DNA of 64,000 nucleotides from Tubiluchus corallicola (Eukaryota > Animalia > Priapulida): NCBI GenBank assembly GCA_030141605.1, contig JAQGDQ010000443.1, positions 124,001 to 188,000 on the forward strand. The letters run 5' to 3'. Position numbers and translations under genes: made by a program. The stretch's first letter is position 1, and every line of letters starts with the position of its first letter. The notes under the pieces were generated by a model. That model was not told the origin of the DNA, ran no database searches, and saw only the letters and a list, made by a program, of their open reading frames with translations. Positions 1 to 13,887 of the stretch are shown piece by piece.

Positions 1-864
1 TGTCACCACTCACAAACATTGAATTAAATGCAGAACAAAGAGCAATACTTATAATATAGTCTTATGGAGAAACATACCTTTTTGCACAACTAGGTTCAAA
101 TAACGGAGCTTGCCTCCAGGAACATTTTCGAAGCTTTTAGTAATTTCTCCGAATCATCTCTCATTTCTCAGCTGATCATCTCTCGTGCCTTTCTCTCAGC
201 TTCAAGACTTTTTACATTGTTTACGACATGCGGAAGCAATATAAACGAATTATCAGAGACAATTAAAATATGAATAGTTGGATGACTGGCAATCCTACAC
301 GCAAATGTTAGGTTCTACGCAAACTTTGAATACTGCGAGCCTCCAGAAAAAAAACATGGAATGTTGTAAAGGTTTTACTTTGGCTGCTTGATATTCTTCA
401 TTGTCCAGCACATTACAGTTTGAGCACCTTTGTAGTTATATAATAACTGAAATTTAGTTATGGAAGTGAAAGTCGCGCACCCGGCTTCCAGCAAACAGAG
501 CGAATATCCAGCCTGAAGCCCACTACGCTATATGAAACCTACCTGCTGCTCCGCTAGGGGCGCTGATGCGAAACCAATCGTTTCGCTTTCTTCATATCAA
601 AACTGCTCAAAGGATTTCAGAAGCAGTGCATGCAGTGCAACCGTATACGTGAGGTCGATTGCACAGACTTTTATGATCGCCGGCAACAAAACCTCGGCGA
701 GCTGCTCGCAGTTTTCTTATTTCAATTTAGTACTGCGACAGAGTATTGGTTATGACTTACTCTCTTACTAGAAAAATTAATTTAAAAACTAATTCAATGG
801 TATAAGAATACAGAGACGTTAGCGAAGATTGGGCACCATAAATATGATTTCAATGTGTGGTGAC

Positions 865-1100
865 GGTGGCCACGGTGGTGTTAGTGGTGGTGTAGTGACG
901 ATGATGATGGTGATGTCGAGGATGACGGTGACGATGATGATGGCAATGACGATGACAATGACGGCGGTTATGATGATGATGATGATGATGACGGTGGTGG
1001 CGGCGGCGGCAGCGGCTGCGGCTGCGGCGGCGGTGGTGGTGGTGGTGGTGGTGGTGGTGGTGTCGTTGGTGGTGGTGGTGGTGTTGATGACGATGATTTA
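865..1100. repeat. Compound (GAT/GGT/GGC)n microsatellite
   Basis: Direct reading. Confidence 0.95.
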
Positions 1101-1589
1101 ATGATAACGAGGAAGTGGAGCGTTGATGGAGAAGACCATTTTGTTTGCAATGTTGAACGTACATTTAGCAGCGCATTTCTGACAAAAAGACCAAATCTTA
1201 TTTTGAAACAGGAAAATCAAGAAAAGCCTAACTGTGATTAACTGTAAAAAGCAACTATTATTGTAGCAGAACAACAAATCAACAACACGGCTGCAGCATG
1301 ATAGGCTGTATTTCTATTAACTGCATTAATCACTCGCAGCGAATTGTGCCAACTGAATGGATTCATCCGTATATGATTAAATAGCAATTGCGATTAATCC
1401 CTACCGCTCTATCGACGGTCAGGATGGGCGTATCAACGTCTTAGCAAGACTAGATTAACAACGCAACATTCCATCACAGTTAATTTACAGTCACTACTGA
1501 TAGTGCTCACCGCTTTAATAAAAAGTAAGGATGGCGGTCTGTTTTGCTTTTCATCCACGTTCAAACGTGTCATGTACTATTTACTTCAA

Positions 1590-1790
1590 TGATGATTGTG
1601 GTGGTGATATTGGTGATAATGATGGTGGTTGTGGTAGTGGTGGTGATGGTGGTGGTGGTGGTGGTGGTGGTGGAGGTGGTGGTGGTGGTGGTGGTGGTGG
1701 TGGTGGTGGTGGTGGTGGTGGTGGTGGTGATGGTGATAGTGATGGTGGTGGTGATGGTGATGGTTATGGTGGTGGTGAGGGGGATAGAGA
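1590..1790. repeat. (GGT)n microsatellite
   Basis: Direct reading. Confidence 0.95.
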
Positions 1791-2109
1791 TAATAATAAC
1801 AATTTATTATTTATATAGCGCATCACAGGAAATGATCTCGATGCGCTTTACTATTAATAAGTTTATTATAAATTGCAATTACGTATACACTGTACTTATT
1901 ACAGAATTATAATCATTACAGAATTAGTCATTCTAGAATCACAAAATTGGAAAATAGTGTAAATAGTACTATAGGATTATGAGATTGATTCTAAAAGCCG
2001 TTCTAAAATTGTTAGCGATGGTTATGCTGCTGCTGTTACTGCTGCTGATGTGATGAAGATCATGGTGGTGGTGATGATGATGACGATGATGATCTATAAA
2101 CAAAACAGA

Positions 2110-4110
2110 GCTATGGCGCCCGAACGTGTCACAAAAGTATTCATTTGTTTTGGGTCAATATACAAACTCCGTGCTAAAGTTCTTCTCAAAAGTGTTGTAG
2201 TATCGGGAATTGAAAAGCGAAATTAAAATTAGGTATCATACATGCATGTAGTATTGAATAAAGATACTGAAATTTTGATAGCTAGTGTATTTTTGTGAAA
2301 AGCTGCCCCTATTGTTATTAACTTAATTGTAGTCGAAAAAAATTTCAAATGTCTGTAGAAAATTACGCCACTTGTTGGATTGGATTTAATTAGACGTTCA
2401 TTTGTTCGTTTGGAATTGAATTGAATTGGGGTTATATTTAGATGTTCATTTGTTTAAAAAAATTTAAGTTCAAGTTCTTTATTTATACTTAATCGAAGTT
2501 CAAGTTTAATGTGATAACTGAAATATTGTTTAGAAGTGTGTTTAGGCTTAAATTAAAATGGAAGAAGTGAACGTTGTGGATGTTTCAGTAGAGACAGATA
2601 GAGCACAGAGGTTTACAGGTTGAAAAAGTTCATCTACAGCTGGATGATGTTGGAAAAACTGAGAAATGAGATATGAAGTGATATTGGGGGCGCAGGTAAC
2701 TATAAATAGCAGTACTAGCAATACTATTACTACTACGAAAGTTATAGGAAAAATTGGTACATGCCCAAAATGTGGTGGGGCATGCAGGTCCAGTGGTCGT
2801 GGAATTAGGTCTGTTCAGTTTTTTGAATGCAAAATTTGGCTGTCACCTCTAGTGTACAGAACTTCCGCCTTATTACCCGTTGTTGCTGGCCAATTCGGCA
2901 AGAAGATCTTATTGTGAAAATTGTGCAAAAGCTTTTTCAGAAGAGAAACATAAAAGGGCACTTGAACTGTTAAGAGTAAAAGAGGAGATGAGCGGAAAAA
3001 ACCAGGTGATGGTCAATTTAAAAAAATCTACAATTGAAGGAGAACTGAATGAAAACTAAAGTCCAAAATAGAGAAAGAAGAAGTTTAAGTGAAAAAAATT
3101 AGCTCCTTGAAAGTAGTGTTGTACGACCAAACAGCCGAGTTAGAGTGGCACAAAGCAGAAATTGAAAAAGGAACGAGGAACGGGTGATGGTTCAGAACAA
3201 AGATTTTGAGGATGTACAGGAAGGTTAGCAGAAATGCTGACGAGTGTGATGTGAACACTTAAAAGCATAAAAAATCATGTTCATGCACTAGTGGTGCATA
3301 AAAGAGCTGTCATTCCAAGTTGACTTTGCGGGTGAATCTAACGCTAATGGAGAACTAATAATCTGCAATTGTGTGTCATGAGGTTTAAACGTTTTAAATT
3401 ATATATGGTCTAGTACGGATGTCTATACGTGGACTAACAGTAGAATATATTCAACTACAGATTAAACCTTAACAAATGATTTTAGATTTAAGTACATCAA
3501 TGATTGCAAAATTTTGTGTGGATACGGTATTGATTCGGATCATGCTGTGGTAACTACTAGCAATATTGGTGATGGATTCGTGCGTAATAATTGACAAACG
3601 GCAAAAAGTGGGTGTGCTAAATGGAAATTAAATGATGAAATTGATTGGAGTAAGTTTCAAGAACGAGTAGATGAGATATCTTATAGTAAAACTGATAGGT
3701 ATTTATCCGATATTTTAATAGAAGTCACAGAAACAACAATTGGTAAAACAAGTATAAGGGGAAAGACACGTAAAAGGCATGCGCCATAGTACGACAACGA
3801 ATTGAAAGAAGCAGTATCAATCAGAAGAGAGATTTTGACTTTGGGAAGCGTATAAAGCACAAAAAAATCATGTTCAGTCACTAAAGGCGCAGAAAAGCTA
3901 AATGGGCGGAGGAAGTTAGGAAGGATGATAGAAACAACAAACAATGGTCAGATCAATTGCTGATAGGAAAATCTTAACAGTGACCTGTTTATGTCATATG
4001 AGAATGGCGATAGAACTGATAATGAAGAACTTATAGCTGATGAGCTATTAAGAGTTTGGAATAGTCTCTTTCAAAAAGAAAGTGAGGCTGAGTTGACTGA
4101 AGTGAATCAC
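2110..4110 (+). mobile_element. Degenerate APE-type non-LTR retrotransposon (ORF1 Cys-finger remnant plus endonuclease and linker)
   Basis: CPKCG...SVQFFECKIW near 2755-2840; ESNANGELII..C...LNVLN near 3335-3400; IDSDHAV near 3530; KWKL..IDWSKFQ; AP*YDNELKEAV. Many stops and frameshifts; boundaries approximate. Confidence 0.7.
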
Positions 4111-4759
4111 GCGTGGCAGTGGGGGTACGTGCAGACAGAGAGGTTACCAGACCGACAGGTAGAATTAGGAACCCATAGGCAGACAAACTGATAAATAGGT
4201 AGATGGACAGGGTGTTTAGATGTGTGCCTACAATTAGTTCTATTCAGTGAACTTGTATTACATTTGAAATTAAAGTACGTTAGGGCTACAAAACATGATT
4301 TAGTTGGTCCCCCTCACTCCCAAACGCAAAATCAAGGTAATTCTTACCACCTTTGTTCACAAAGACGTTCTAAATTTAGACAGACAGACATTTGGACTGA
4401 CACACTTCAAAATTTATGTGACCTCCTACTTACGAAATACGCTTTTTACAAATACCAATACAAATTCGTACGAATACGAATATTCCACAGGTAGAATTTT
4501 CTCAATGAGTGAGGCATGCGTAAATTGTGTTATGCTGCATTTATGCCATAATAGCCCTCAATTTCAGAACATTTCAAACGACTATCTGTTGACTGAGGGA
4601 TTTACAATTTGGTGCACTGCAAGTAACAGTTAATCATAGCTTGAATAAATGCAATTATGTTTTTAGGTAGTTATAAACCATAAATGAAAATTGTACGTAA
4701 TTCTAAAAGCCTAAATTTTTGTCTTATGTAGTCAGCATAATATACATATTAAGAAAAAC

Positions 4760-5030
4760 TTTACTTACTTACATACTTACCTGTTTACGTACTTACTTAT
4801 TTACTTGCTTACTTACTTACGTACTTACTTACTGACTGACTGACCAACCGACCGACCGACCGATTGACTGACTGACTGACTGACTGACTGACTGACTGAC
4901 TGACTGACTGACTGACTGACTGACTGACTGACTGACTGACTGACTGACTGACTGACTGACTGACTGACTGACTGACTGATTGACTGACTGACTGACTGAC
5001 TTCTTACTTACTTATTTATTTATTTACTTA
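4760..5030. repeat. (ACTT)n/(ACTG)n tetranucleotide microsatellite
   Basis: Direct reading. Confidence 0.95.
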
Positions 5031-5779
5031 GTATGATGATTTTATCCGAAATTTGTAAATGTTTTTCCTATATTTTATATGAACGATAGTATGAATAGAT
5101 AAAAAAGCTATGTAAAAAGAGGTTTTTGAAGAAACTGATCTTAGCCAGACAAAGAAAACATAACATGGCCTCAGACATGCCAAATTTGCAGGTGTGTTAC
5201 TCATTCATGCCTGGATAGCGATGGTAACGCGTCAAATGATAAATTATTTAAGACAATTACAATATTGATGTGTTAATTATTTAAGGCTAATTTCTTAATT
5301 TGATCGGAATCACTGCTGCGCATATACTGAACAGATGATAGCATAATAAACCTTGCTACATTAGATACGATAATTATTCTGCAACATTGTCAAATACAAT
5401 AAGAACTCACCGAGGAGAAAAAACACAACTTTATGGTCTTTATTTTAAATAAATTTAAAAACGCAGTAACGGACAGAGGTACCAAAATACCGAATAAGCA
5501 GTGCTACTCAAGCTATCATACTCAAAGAGTCGGCATTGTGTGATTCGAACCAGCAGCCGGTGGGTCTCTATAGTAGAACGTCAGCGAATGAGCTGTAGCC
5601 AATTTTGCTTGCATTATCACAGACATCAGAAAGAATTACATACTTCATATTGTCAAATTTACTTCCAAAATTTACTGTCAAAATAAAACATTGAAAGAAC
5701 TATAAAAAACAAAATATACAAACAATTACTGTAATCATTGTGAGTCGAATCAACTTTACTACGTGCTTTTAATTCTTTG

Positions 5780-5826
5780 TCATTATCATTGTCATCATCA
5801 CCACCACCACCATCATCGTCGTCGTT

Positions 5827-5900
<74 letters not shown>

Positions 5901-6015
5901 TATCATCATCATCATCATCATCGTCGTCGTCGTCGTCGTCGTCGTCATCACCATCATCATCGTCGTCATCATCATTATCAACACCGTCATCATCATGATC
6001 ATCATTATCATCATT
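5780..6015. repeat. (CAT/CGT)n microsatellite
   Basis: Direct reading. Confidence 0.95.
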
Positions 6016-9000
6016 TACTAAGTACAAGGGCACGCATTCGCAAGTTAGCAATCAAATTATCATAAGCTTTGCGTACATTGTGCAGATTACATTGATGTGG
6101 TCAATTATTTTTGGTAAGAAAAATTTGGTATTAATCAATCTTGAAGGCAGTCTGAGAGCTTCCGATTGCTCTCTGTGTAAAATGTGTGCGAGAACTATAT
6201 TGCACTCATGTTTTTAATAATTGATAGCTCTGCTTCTCTTACTGTCAATTAACAGTGGCTTCCCGACACAAGCTAATCAAATTTACGTTTGTTTTTTTCA
6301 ACAGTCGGTGAGGATGGTTCGATGCTTGATTTCCCCATGATCAAAGGCTAGAGTAATAGTAGCTAAAATGAACGCAGCATTAAACAGCACAAACACAGAA
6401 TGCGGTTTATAGGAACTATTTTAACATTTGAAGTGTTGCAGTGAAAATTGTGAGTAGTGTAGCTGTTTGAAAAGAACGTTCACTTTTCTGCTGTCCATAA
6501 AAGCCAAATTTCTAAAGCATTTACCTTCCGCACGGAAGTCAATATTTCACTCTCGGCCTACCAAATGAAAAGAAGCGCCAGGATGAAACATGCGCGATTA
6601 ATATGGTTATGTGCAAGTAATAAAATGAATATTTTTATTAGTAAGTTATTGAGTATCGATTAGCGGATACAAGCGTTATTTCTGGAACCATCAAATTGGC
6701 TAAATGCAGGAAGCATTTATTTGTTAACCCTTGTTAGTCAGTTAGAGTCCATTTGTCTAACTTATCTGTCTAACAAAATTTGCAGGCACAAAGTTATTAT
6801 TAAAGTGTTATTAAAATACCTTTATTTCTTGACAAATAATCAAAATGTAAGTGTTATAAGGACGAAGGTCATGGTACAGTATTTGACTATGAGTATGGGA
6901 GAAAGTCCTGCTTTAGTTTCAAGATATCCTCAAAACGCTTGAGGCAAAACGATTGCTTCAAAAATCTGAATTCAAGAAACGGATGCATTTAGACTCTACG
7001 TTCTTTGTAACAACAGATTGAAGATTCTGTTATATTAACCTCATTAAACCATGGGAACATTTAAAATCTAGAAGCTCTTGTAAAGCTCAAACAAAATTAG
7101 TGTTGAACTCCAAGAAATTCCTAATTGAGGATGATGATACAAACGGACGACAGATTAATGACTCGCTTCCGGACACGGGTTCAAAAACAGTTGACCGGAA
7201 CAGGAAATTACTACCCAACAACTTGTTGTTGTCATCAATCACTTTATTTATCAAGTTCATGATAAATTTAATGAACAGCCTCAGAACACATGTGTTAAAA
7301 CTTAAAATCCGAGACATGCATATTGAAAAAATTTGCAGAGCCTAGAACATGCATTTATAAAATTTATAAACTTTAGAAAATACATTTAAAACACACATCT
7401 AGAAAGTTTAGGAGCATGGGAACCTGGAGAATGTGCAACAGCCACTTTAGGAACTGAAACACGTATATTATATATTTCGGAAATGTAAATCCGATGAATC
7501 CTGTTAAAATTTCTAGGATGAGAAAGCGTGACAGAACATCGGACGACGTTAAACGTACGTGTCAGAAATTTTCGAGAACATTCAGCATGAATCTTAGCAA
7601 CTTTGAAAATAGCTATTCACACTTTGAAGTGCACTAGAAACATTCGAGAACGTGTTAGAAACTTGGAGGCAGGGGCGGATTAAATTTTGATAGGCCCTCG
7701 GTGTCCCGAGATCATGACTAGATCATGCTACCTAGTAAACAGAATAACAAATTTATTAAAACTGAACTTGCTAAAGACAAATAGACCTATATTAAATTCA
7801 TTAGTTCAATAATTTGAATATATTCGCGGCATTCAAAAAAAACGTTTCCCTAAAACTTGCAATCCTTCATCCTTGTAGAGGCATCTGTAAAAAGAGACCT
7901 ACATTGTTTTGTAGCCCGGTTTCTCCTCTTTTTAAAGAGCTGTAAATTTTCTTTCCTAGATGCCGGTAGGACGTTCTTTCCACACGATGTTCCTTGAATG
8001 TACAAAACATGGCGGTTTGGAGATTTTCCACCCGCCGTTCTAGAAAAACATTTTACTGGCATTTGGTTGGAACCGTGGAGAGAAAGTTATAACTCTTTAG
8101 ATAGTGTAGAACAGGGGATACACGAAAATGTGAGTTTGTTGATAGCTTTGGCCCGCGAAAACTTTAATCCAGTCCTGCTTGGAGGGCACAAAACACGCAC
8201 GTTGGCAAATTTGAAAGCGTAAGACGCGTGTGTCTGTGTGTTTAATCGTAAACTACGTGAAATTTAAGCTATTCTCAACGTTTTTCTACATTTAATTTGC
8301 TTAATACTAATTTTATATACAGTTCACACTAACTATAGGGATCCTTGTACTTTCTAGACGTCCAATGTGTTATATAACAACATTCGATCAACTTGGCTTT
8401 GAAGCCACTAATTTCTTAGCCACTATAATGGGGATGAGACCGATTCGAGATTAGCCCATCTCTCAATTACGGCAAATAAGCAATTATTGATTAATGAAGG
8501 CGCGGCTAGGAGTCTGATTTTCTTGACTTCATTTGACCACACCAATTGGCCAAAAGCCTCATCAGGAATTCAAATAAGAACAGAAACTTGTGAATGAAGT
8601 TGAAGTTTTCTGTAATATTTTAGCTTTATTTGCAGATACATTTGTTACAGTTTTACTAACCGATTAACTTTTAACCATAAAAGCCATTTTGAAGTAGCTA
8701 ACTAGATCGTTATAAATGACCAGTCACTAAAATGTACGCACGTGAAACGCTTAAATGTCTTTTAGCGCAATAACGCAGTTCAGTGAAGACAGGCCTGTTT
8801 AGAAATCCTATAATGTTGCTTAATTGAAGTAACACAAAATATCGAGTTCGAATCCTACAAGGTGTTCCGAAAGAAACAACGTACTAACAAATTCTATAAG
8901 AATATCGATATTACACCACGTAAAGATCAGTATTTCTTTTTGGTACACTGTGCATTGTTACTAAGGAAATTTCGACGTTTGCCAACTTTATTTTCTGAAA

Positions 9001-9926
9001 AAATGGACTGTTATCTAAAATAAATGATTTAAGTCACTTCAGTTATATCATCTGTATATCTGTTTACTTCAATGAAAAATCAAAAAACGAATCATTATCA
9101 CATGCCTATGATCTTTTATTTTGAGATGTTTTATTTGTTCATTTTATAGTCTATCAAGCGCAAGTTACTATATTTTAAAGCACTTGAAAATTTCAAAAAC
9201 GATTAAGTTGTTTAAACAGGAAAACAGTCGAAAATGGTCCATCATTTAAATGAATACATCCATAGCAATTACGTTAATGTTACTGTCAATCGTAGACGCA
9301 CAAGTAATCTAAAATTAAATAGACAGCGTGCAAAAAAGCTGATTCTAGACACGCAATGAATTCTAATTCAAAAGTAATGAATAAGATCAGTTGGATATCT
9401 TCAGTTTGCATATTGCTGTCATTTGAAATAGATGAAAGAAACGATTGTAAGGCGGATAGTCATCATACCAGGATCTTAGACACGTAATTGGTTAGCCTGG
9501 AATCTGATACGGCGGCAGATGCATTCTAAGCCTCGGGCGGTAAAATGAATACTGGTTAAAACGAGCTAACATTCCCAGATATTTTTGAAGCTATTGGAGA
9601 GAAATTTAGTTTTTTATATGCTGAAATAAACTCTAAATCTAAACCTAAATCTAAAATAAACATGGTTTTTTGACCATTTCAAAAAAGGTAATGAATTTAA
9701 TGAATTTTAATTTGATATTGATTATGAAAATATTATATATGAGAAAATTGAAAGCATTTGGGTAGTGGTCCATTCACCTAAAATTCCAAACATCATTAAC
9801 CCTGAAATCTAAATATTGGATATGCAATAATGCAGGAGCTTTACTCCCTGACGTCAGTGGCAGCCTTAGCCTAGATATTTCAGGAACCGTACAAAATAGA
9901 CTGTGATACCCCGCACCTTCTCCCCG

Positions 9927-10402
9927 CAGGGCCGCCACGGGAAATTTTGCAAGGCGGCACAAGACCCCTTTGGAACCCCGAGGCAGCCAAAGATTTTTCT
10001 CAAAATTCAGGATTCGATGTTCAGTAAATCTACATGTAAACTCGCAAATGCACTAGCTCCATGATTAGATATAACATAATGTAAGAACATATTCAATTAC
10101 TGCTAACTATTACGCTAATTTACGCATCTATGCATCAACCGCGGGCTATAGGTAGATACCGTTGGTGTTACCATATGTCTATAAAACCAGGACTACTAGA
10201 ATTAATAATAAATACTAATAAAAAGAAGTAAATGTGGTGTGATAAGTACAGTGACGTTTGAGTGCAAGTGTATGTCGGGCTGGGGGTAGTAGAAAGTGCT
10301 TCTTTTCGAGGGGGAATGGGTACTGCAAGGTTGCTGTGGGCCCTTCTTAGCTCTTGGGCCCCGGAACAAAGTACCGGCTGGTCGCTTCTCTCTTAGGCCC
10401 TG
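9927..10402. mobile_element. hAT-type MITE
   Basis: Termini CAGGGCC...GGCCCTG; flanks TCTCCCCG (9919-9926) and CCTCCCCG (10403-10410) form a 7/8-matching 8-bp TSD. Confidence 0.75.
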
Positions 10403-10789
10403 CCTCCCCGGGTTTCTCTCACCGACACAAGTCGATTTCTTTTCGTTAGTCATTTTATTTTTATTTTAGAAGATTGTTAATAAGTGCATGACAATAAGCT
10501 GTATCACCTGTGACCAAATGCCACAGCCAAGCTGGTTAACAAGGCTTTATTACTATTACTACTTATATTATTAAAATTATTGTTAAATCCTTACACTTTG
10601 TCACAAGAGGCTTTATTATTTTTAATTAGGATGTTCAAACAAACAACAAACGTGCGGATACAAAAACCTAAAAGATTTAAATATAAACAAAACTGATCAT
10701 GTGATACAAAATAATTCAAGGGGATGTTCACTTAGATCCCAAAATTTTTTTTACAAGAGCACTCACTGATAGGATAAAAAGTAACCATA

Positions 10790-11010
10790 ATCTCAAGCTG
10801 TATGTTCGCAGAACGAACAAAAAAGGTTTTGGCTTTTCCTTCTCCAACCATGTTCTTCAAGTATGAAACTCCTTTCCCCAGTTAGGTAAATGATGCACCT
10901 TTGGTCACTGCAGGCAATTCTAAACTTTTCAAAAATAGATTGAATTTTTGAATTTTGATAAATGGCTTGCGCATGACTGGGGTATGTAAACAGCTTGTCT
11001 CTCCACACTT
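10790..11010 (-). pseudogene. Possible hAT transposase C-terminal dimerisation-domain remnant
   Basis: TGERSF followed, after a frameshift, by YLKNMVGE, resembling the hAT ERSFS...YLR.TM..RL motif; short and degraded. Confidence 0.35.
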
Positions 11011-11741
11011 ATACTTTTATTGTGTTATAGAAGTGAATGTGAAATAAAATGAAATAAGTAAAAATAAAATTAACGTTACTTTTTCAACGGTACGTTTTTT
11101 GCTAAATTTTCGGGCACCACGGTCCATACACCCCTGGGCCCTGGCCGGCACTACTGATTTGCATCCTACATATTACCTTCTACTAGATAAAACGTTATAC
11201 TGTCACGTGTGTCCATTTATTTCACGCCCCCGTAAATTTAGTGATGGAAACTGATTCAAATCACATACATCATTTCTGCCCTCTGACTGGCTAAATAACT
11301 TTCCTGACCTTTACAACGTTAAGTATGGTCATTATGTATTCTTTCGGCTCCACGTTTCTGGTCGAGATCTACAACTGTCTGCTAAGACCACGCAGGAGCC
11401 TAGTGCACTAACGACGGTTAAAATATTTTACTTTGTTAGGCTGTTTGTCAAATTAGGTAAATTACATGTATATTTCAGAAGTTCTCATTTCTTTCATAAA
11501 TTTTCCAGTTAAGTAACTTAAATTACAAGCATAAGCTAAGATTTAGTAAGGCTACCAAAATAATTTATTGGTAGGTTCTTGCAGTTTTTCACATTTAGCA
11601 TAATGTAGTCTCATCATGTTTCGAATAGTTCAAAAATCTTATGCCTCGGATTGTTTTAGGACCTTGACAATTTCGTGTTTCAAAATATGAGTCCGCCATT
11701 TAGCGGCGAGCAGTTTATCTACTCCTAAAGCTTATATATAT

Positions 11742-13851
11742 TGTAACGGATCCGGGTTCCAGTGCGGGACCGTCTCAGGATGTATAGCGGCATACAAGTT
11801 ATGAAGTACTACAGCAGACGAGAAAAATAAAAATAATACGAATGTAAAATAAACTTTAATGCACAACCACTAGCTCCATTACATGTGAACAGACTTGTAT
11901 AAAAATCAGCAAACCTACAGCATTCCCCCTTACAGACAGACTCGTACTTAATTACGGCATGCATTCTGTTTTATACAGGTACAATTGCATTACTGGGCTT
12001 CTCAACCATACCCATTACTAACATTAGGCGGTTGGTCATAATCTGCCTTCGTAACACTCCCCTCCTCAATTTCCATTTGTCCACAAATGAGTTACAGCAA
12101 ATGCAATTAAATTTTACTCTAGAAAGTCATTCAAAGCTGAGCAAATCAGTTTAACAAATTGAAACAAAGCTAAACAAATTTCTTTATCTGTACAAAAGGC
12201 AAAATGGTACCTGATACGAGTTTGTAGCTATTACTACAACAAAAATAATCAAAAATTGTAAACAGCACTAGTACAAATATGTAAGCAAATCTATCCAGGT
12301 TTGTAACAGCATAAAACTGAAAACGGTGAGTTTCAATGATCTACTTCTTGTGAGTGCAGTGTAGCGCCATCTATCGAGACTGTCTCAAAAAACCATACAG
12401 TCAGTCTTTAAACAGAAACCAGTCTTTGCACATCACGCTATCGGCAAAACAGGCCTTGAAACGAAAAAGCATTCTACTAGTTACTTCCGAGGCACTGAGA
12501 CAACCTCTATGATGTGATACATTGAACAGTCTATAGAAGTTCTCCTAGGGCGTCGGTAGGGATTCGAACCATCTGTCTGCCAGGCGAAATAAAGTAGTTG
12601 CGATACTTGCGAAGGTGTAGGTACTCCAGCCATCTGCTAAAACAACTGTATTGTACTACTAGCCATAAACCATTTCTTTGACGGTACTGCATAACAGACT
12701 CGTGTAGCAATCGAAGTTTCGAACTTGGCTTTCCTGAGTAGACGAAATATGCATACTGACAAGCTTACTGCAACAGACTCGGCACATAAAGAGGAATAAA
12801 GATGAAACAAATTTACAAGCAAGGTACTGCTGTACAGCAACAACAGCAAAGTAGAGAAAAACGTTCTGGCTTTGACAAAAGCTACCGAAAACCGGTTCAA
12901 GTCTGACCAGTGACGTACAGTTAAAAAGACGAGCATCAAGTGTTCACAACTGCATAATCTTAGCTAACTGAACACAACAGAGCCCTATGTTGAAAAGCGT
13001 GTTCTGGCATCTCTAGCCATTACGGAACACTAAACTACCATTAAAAAACAGTGTTCTGGCATCCTAGCCATTACGGAACACTAAACTACCATTTAAAAAC
13101 AGTGTTCTGGCATCCTAGCCATTACGGAACACTAAACTACCATTTAAAAACAGTGTTCTGGCATCCTAGCCATTACGGAACACTAAACTACGGTGACTCG
13201 CTATACATGCAAAGTGGCTGTACGTCGCCTATTCCTAAATATTCGCCTCATTGGGAACTCGATAAAAACATAGAACTGTTTAAGCTAAGGCCGACGCTGC
13301 CTGTCGCAGAAAGGCTGTTCAATTGCCTTTCAACATAAAAGGTAAAAACACGAAACTGTCTACAAAAACACGCTGAGTAGTACAGACAAGCTGTCTGCCT
13401 AAAGCAAAATGCAGCACTCACCAAACCCAATAATGTCGATCCATTCCAGGCGGTAATTTCGGATCCCACTTATGTGCATCAGTGTAACGGATCCGGGTTC
13501 CATTCCAAGCGGCAATTTCGGATCCCACTTCTGACACCAGTGTAACGGATTCGGGTCCTTTCCAGGCACCGGTCCGTCTCCTCAGAATGTATAGAGCGGC
13601 AGACGAGAAAAGTAAAAAGAATACGAATGTAAAATAAACTTCAATGCACAACCAGTAGCTCCATTACATGTGAACAGACTTTTGTATAAAAATCAGCAAA
13701 CCTACAACATTCCCCCTTACAGACAGAAAGGCCAGGTTGGAATCGTCAAATTACGGCATGCATTCTGTTTTATACAGGTGCATTTGCATTACTGGGCTTC
13801 TCAACCATACCCATTACTAACATTAGGGGGTTGGAGTTAATCTGCCTTCGT

Positions 13852-13855
<4 letters not shown>
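11742..13855 (-). mobile_element. Non-autonomous Gypsy-like LTR retroelement (about 2.1 kb)
   Basis: 315-bp LTRs at 11742-12056 and 13541-13855 (TGTAAC...TAACA); PBS TGGTGTCAGAAGTGGGAT (13539-13522, tRNA-Leu-type); PPT AGGAGGGGAG (12066-12057); 4-bp ATAT TSD; no gag or pol ORF. Confidence 0.92.
12999..13190. repeat. 51-bp tandem repeat (about 3.7 copies) inside the LTR element
   Basis: Unit gtgttctggcatcctagccattacggaacactaaactaccatttaaaaaca starting at 12999, 13051, 13102 and 13153. Confidence 0.95.

Positions 13856-13887
<32 letters not shown>

Noticed and set aside
78-260. Minus-strand exon-like stretch ending in AAG|GTATGT
   Set aside because: The protein-like frame has several stops and no recognisable homology
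829-1912. Poly-M/H/P/G/V ORFs
   Set aside because: Translations of trinucleotide microsatellites, open in several frames
5659-6065. Poly-D/H/S/M ORFs
   Set aside because: (CAT)n microsatellite artefact
7669-8222. hAT-like terminus (CAGGGGCGGATT) and nearby short ORFs
   Set aside because: No matching second TIR or TSD located and no transposase motif
12999-13338. Repeat ORF (VFWHPSHYGTLNYHLKT x3) or CRISPR-like array
   Set aside because: Head-to-tail 51-bp repeat without spacers, inside an LTR element in a eukaryotic genome
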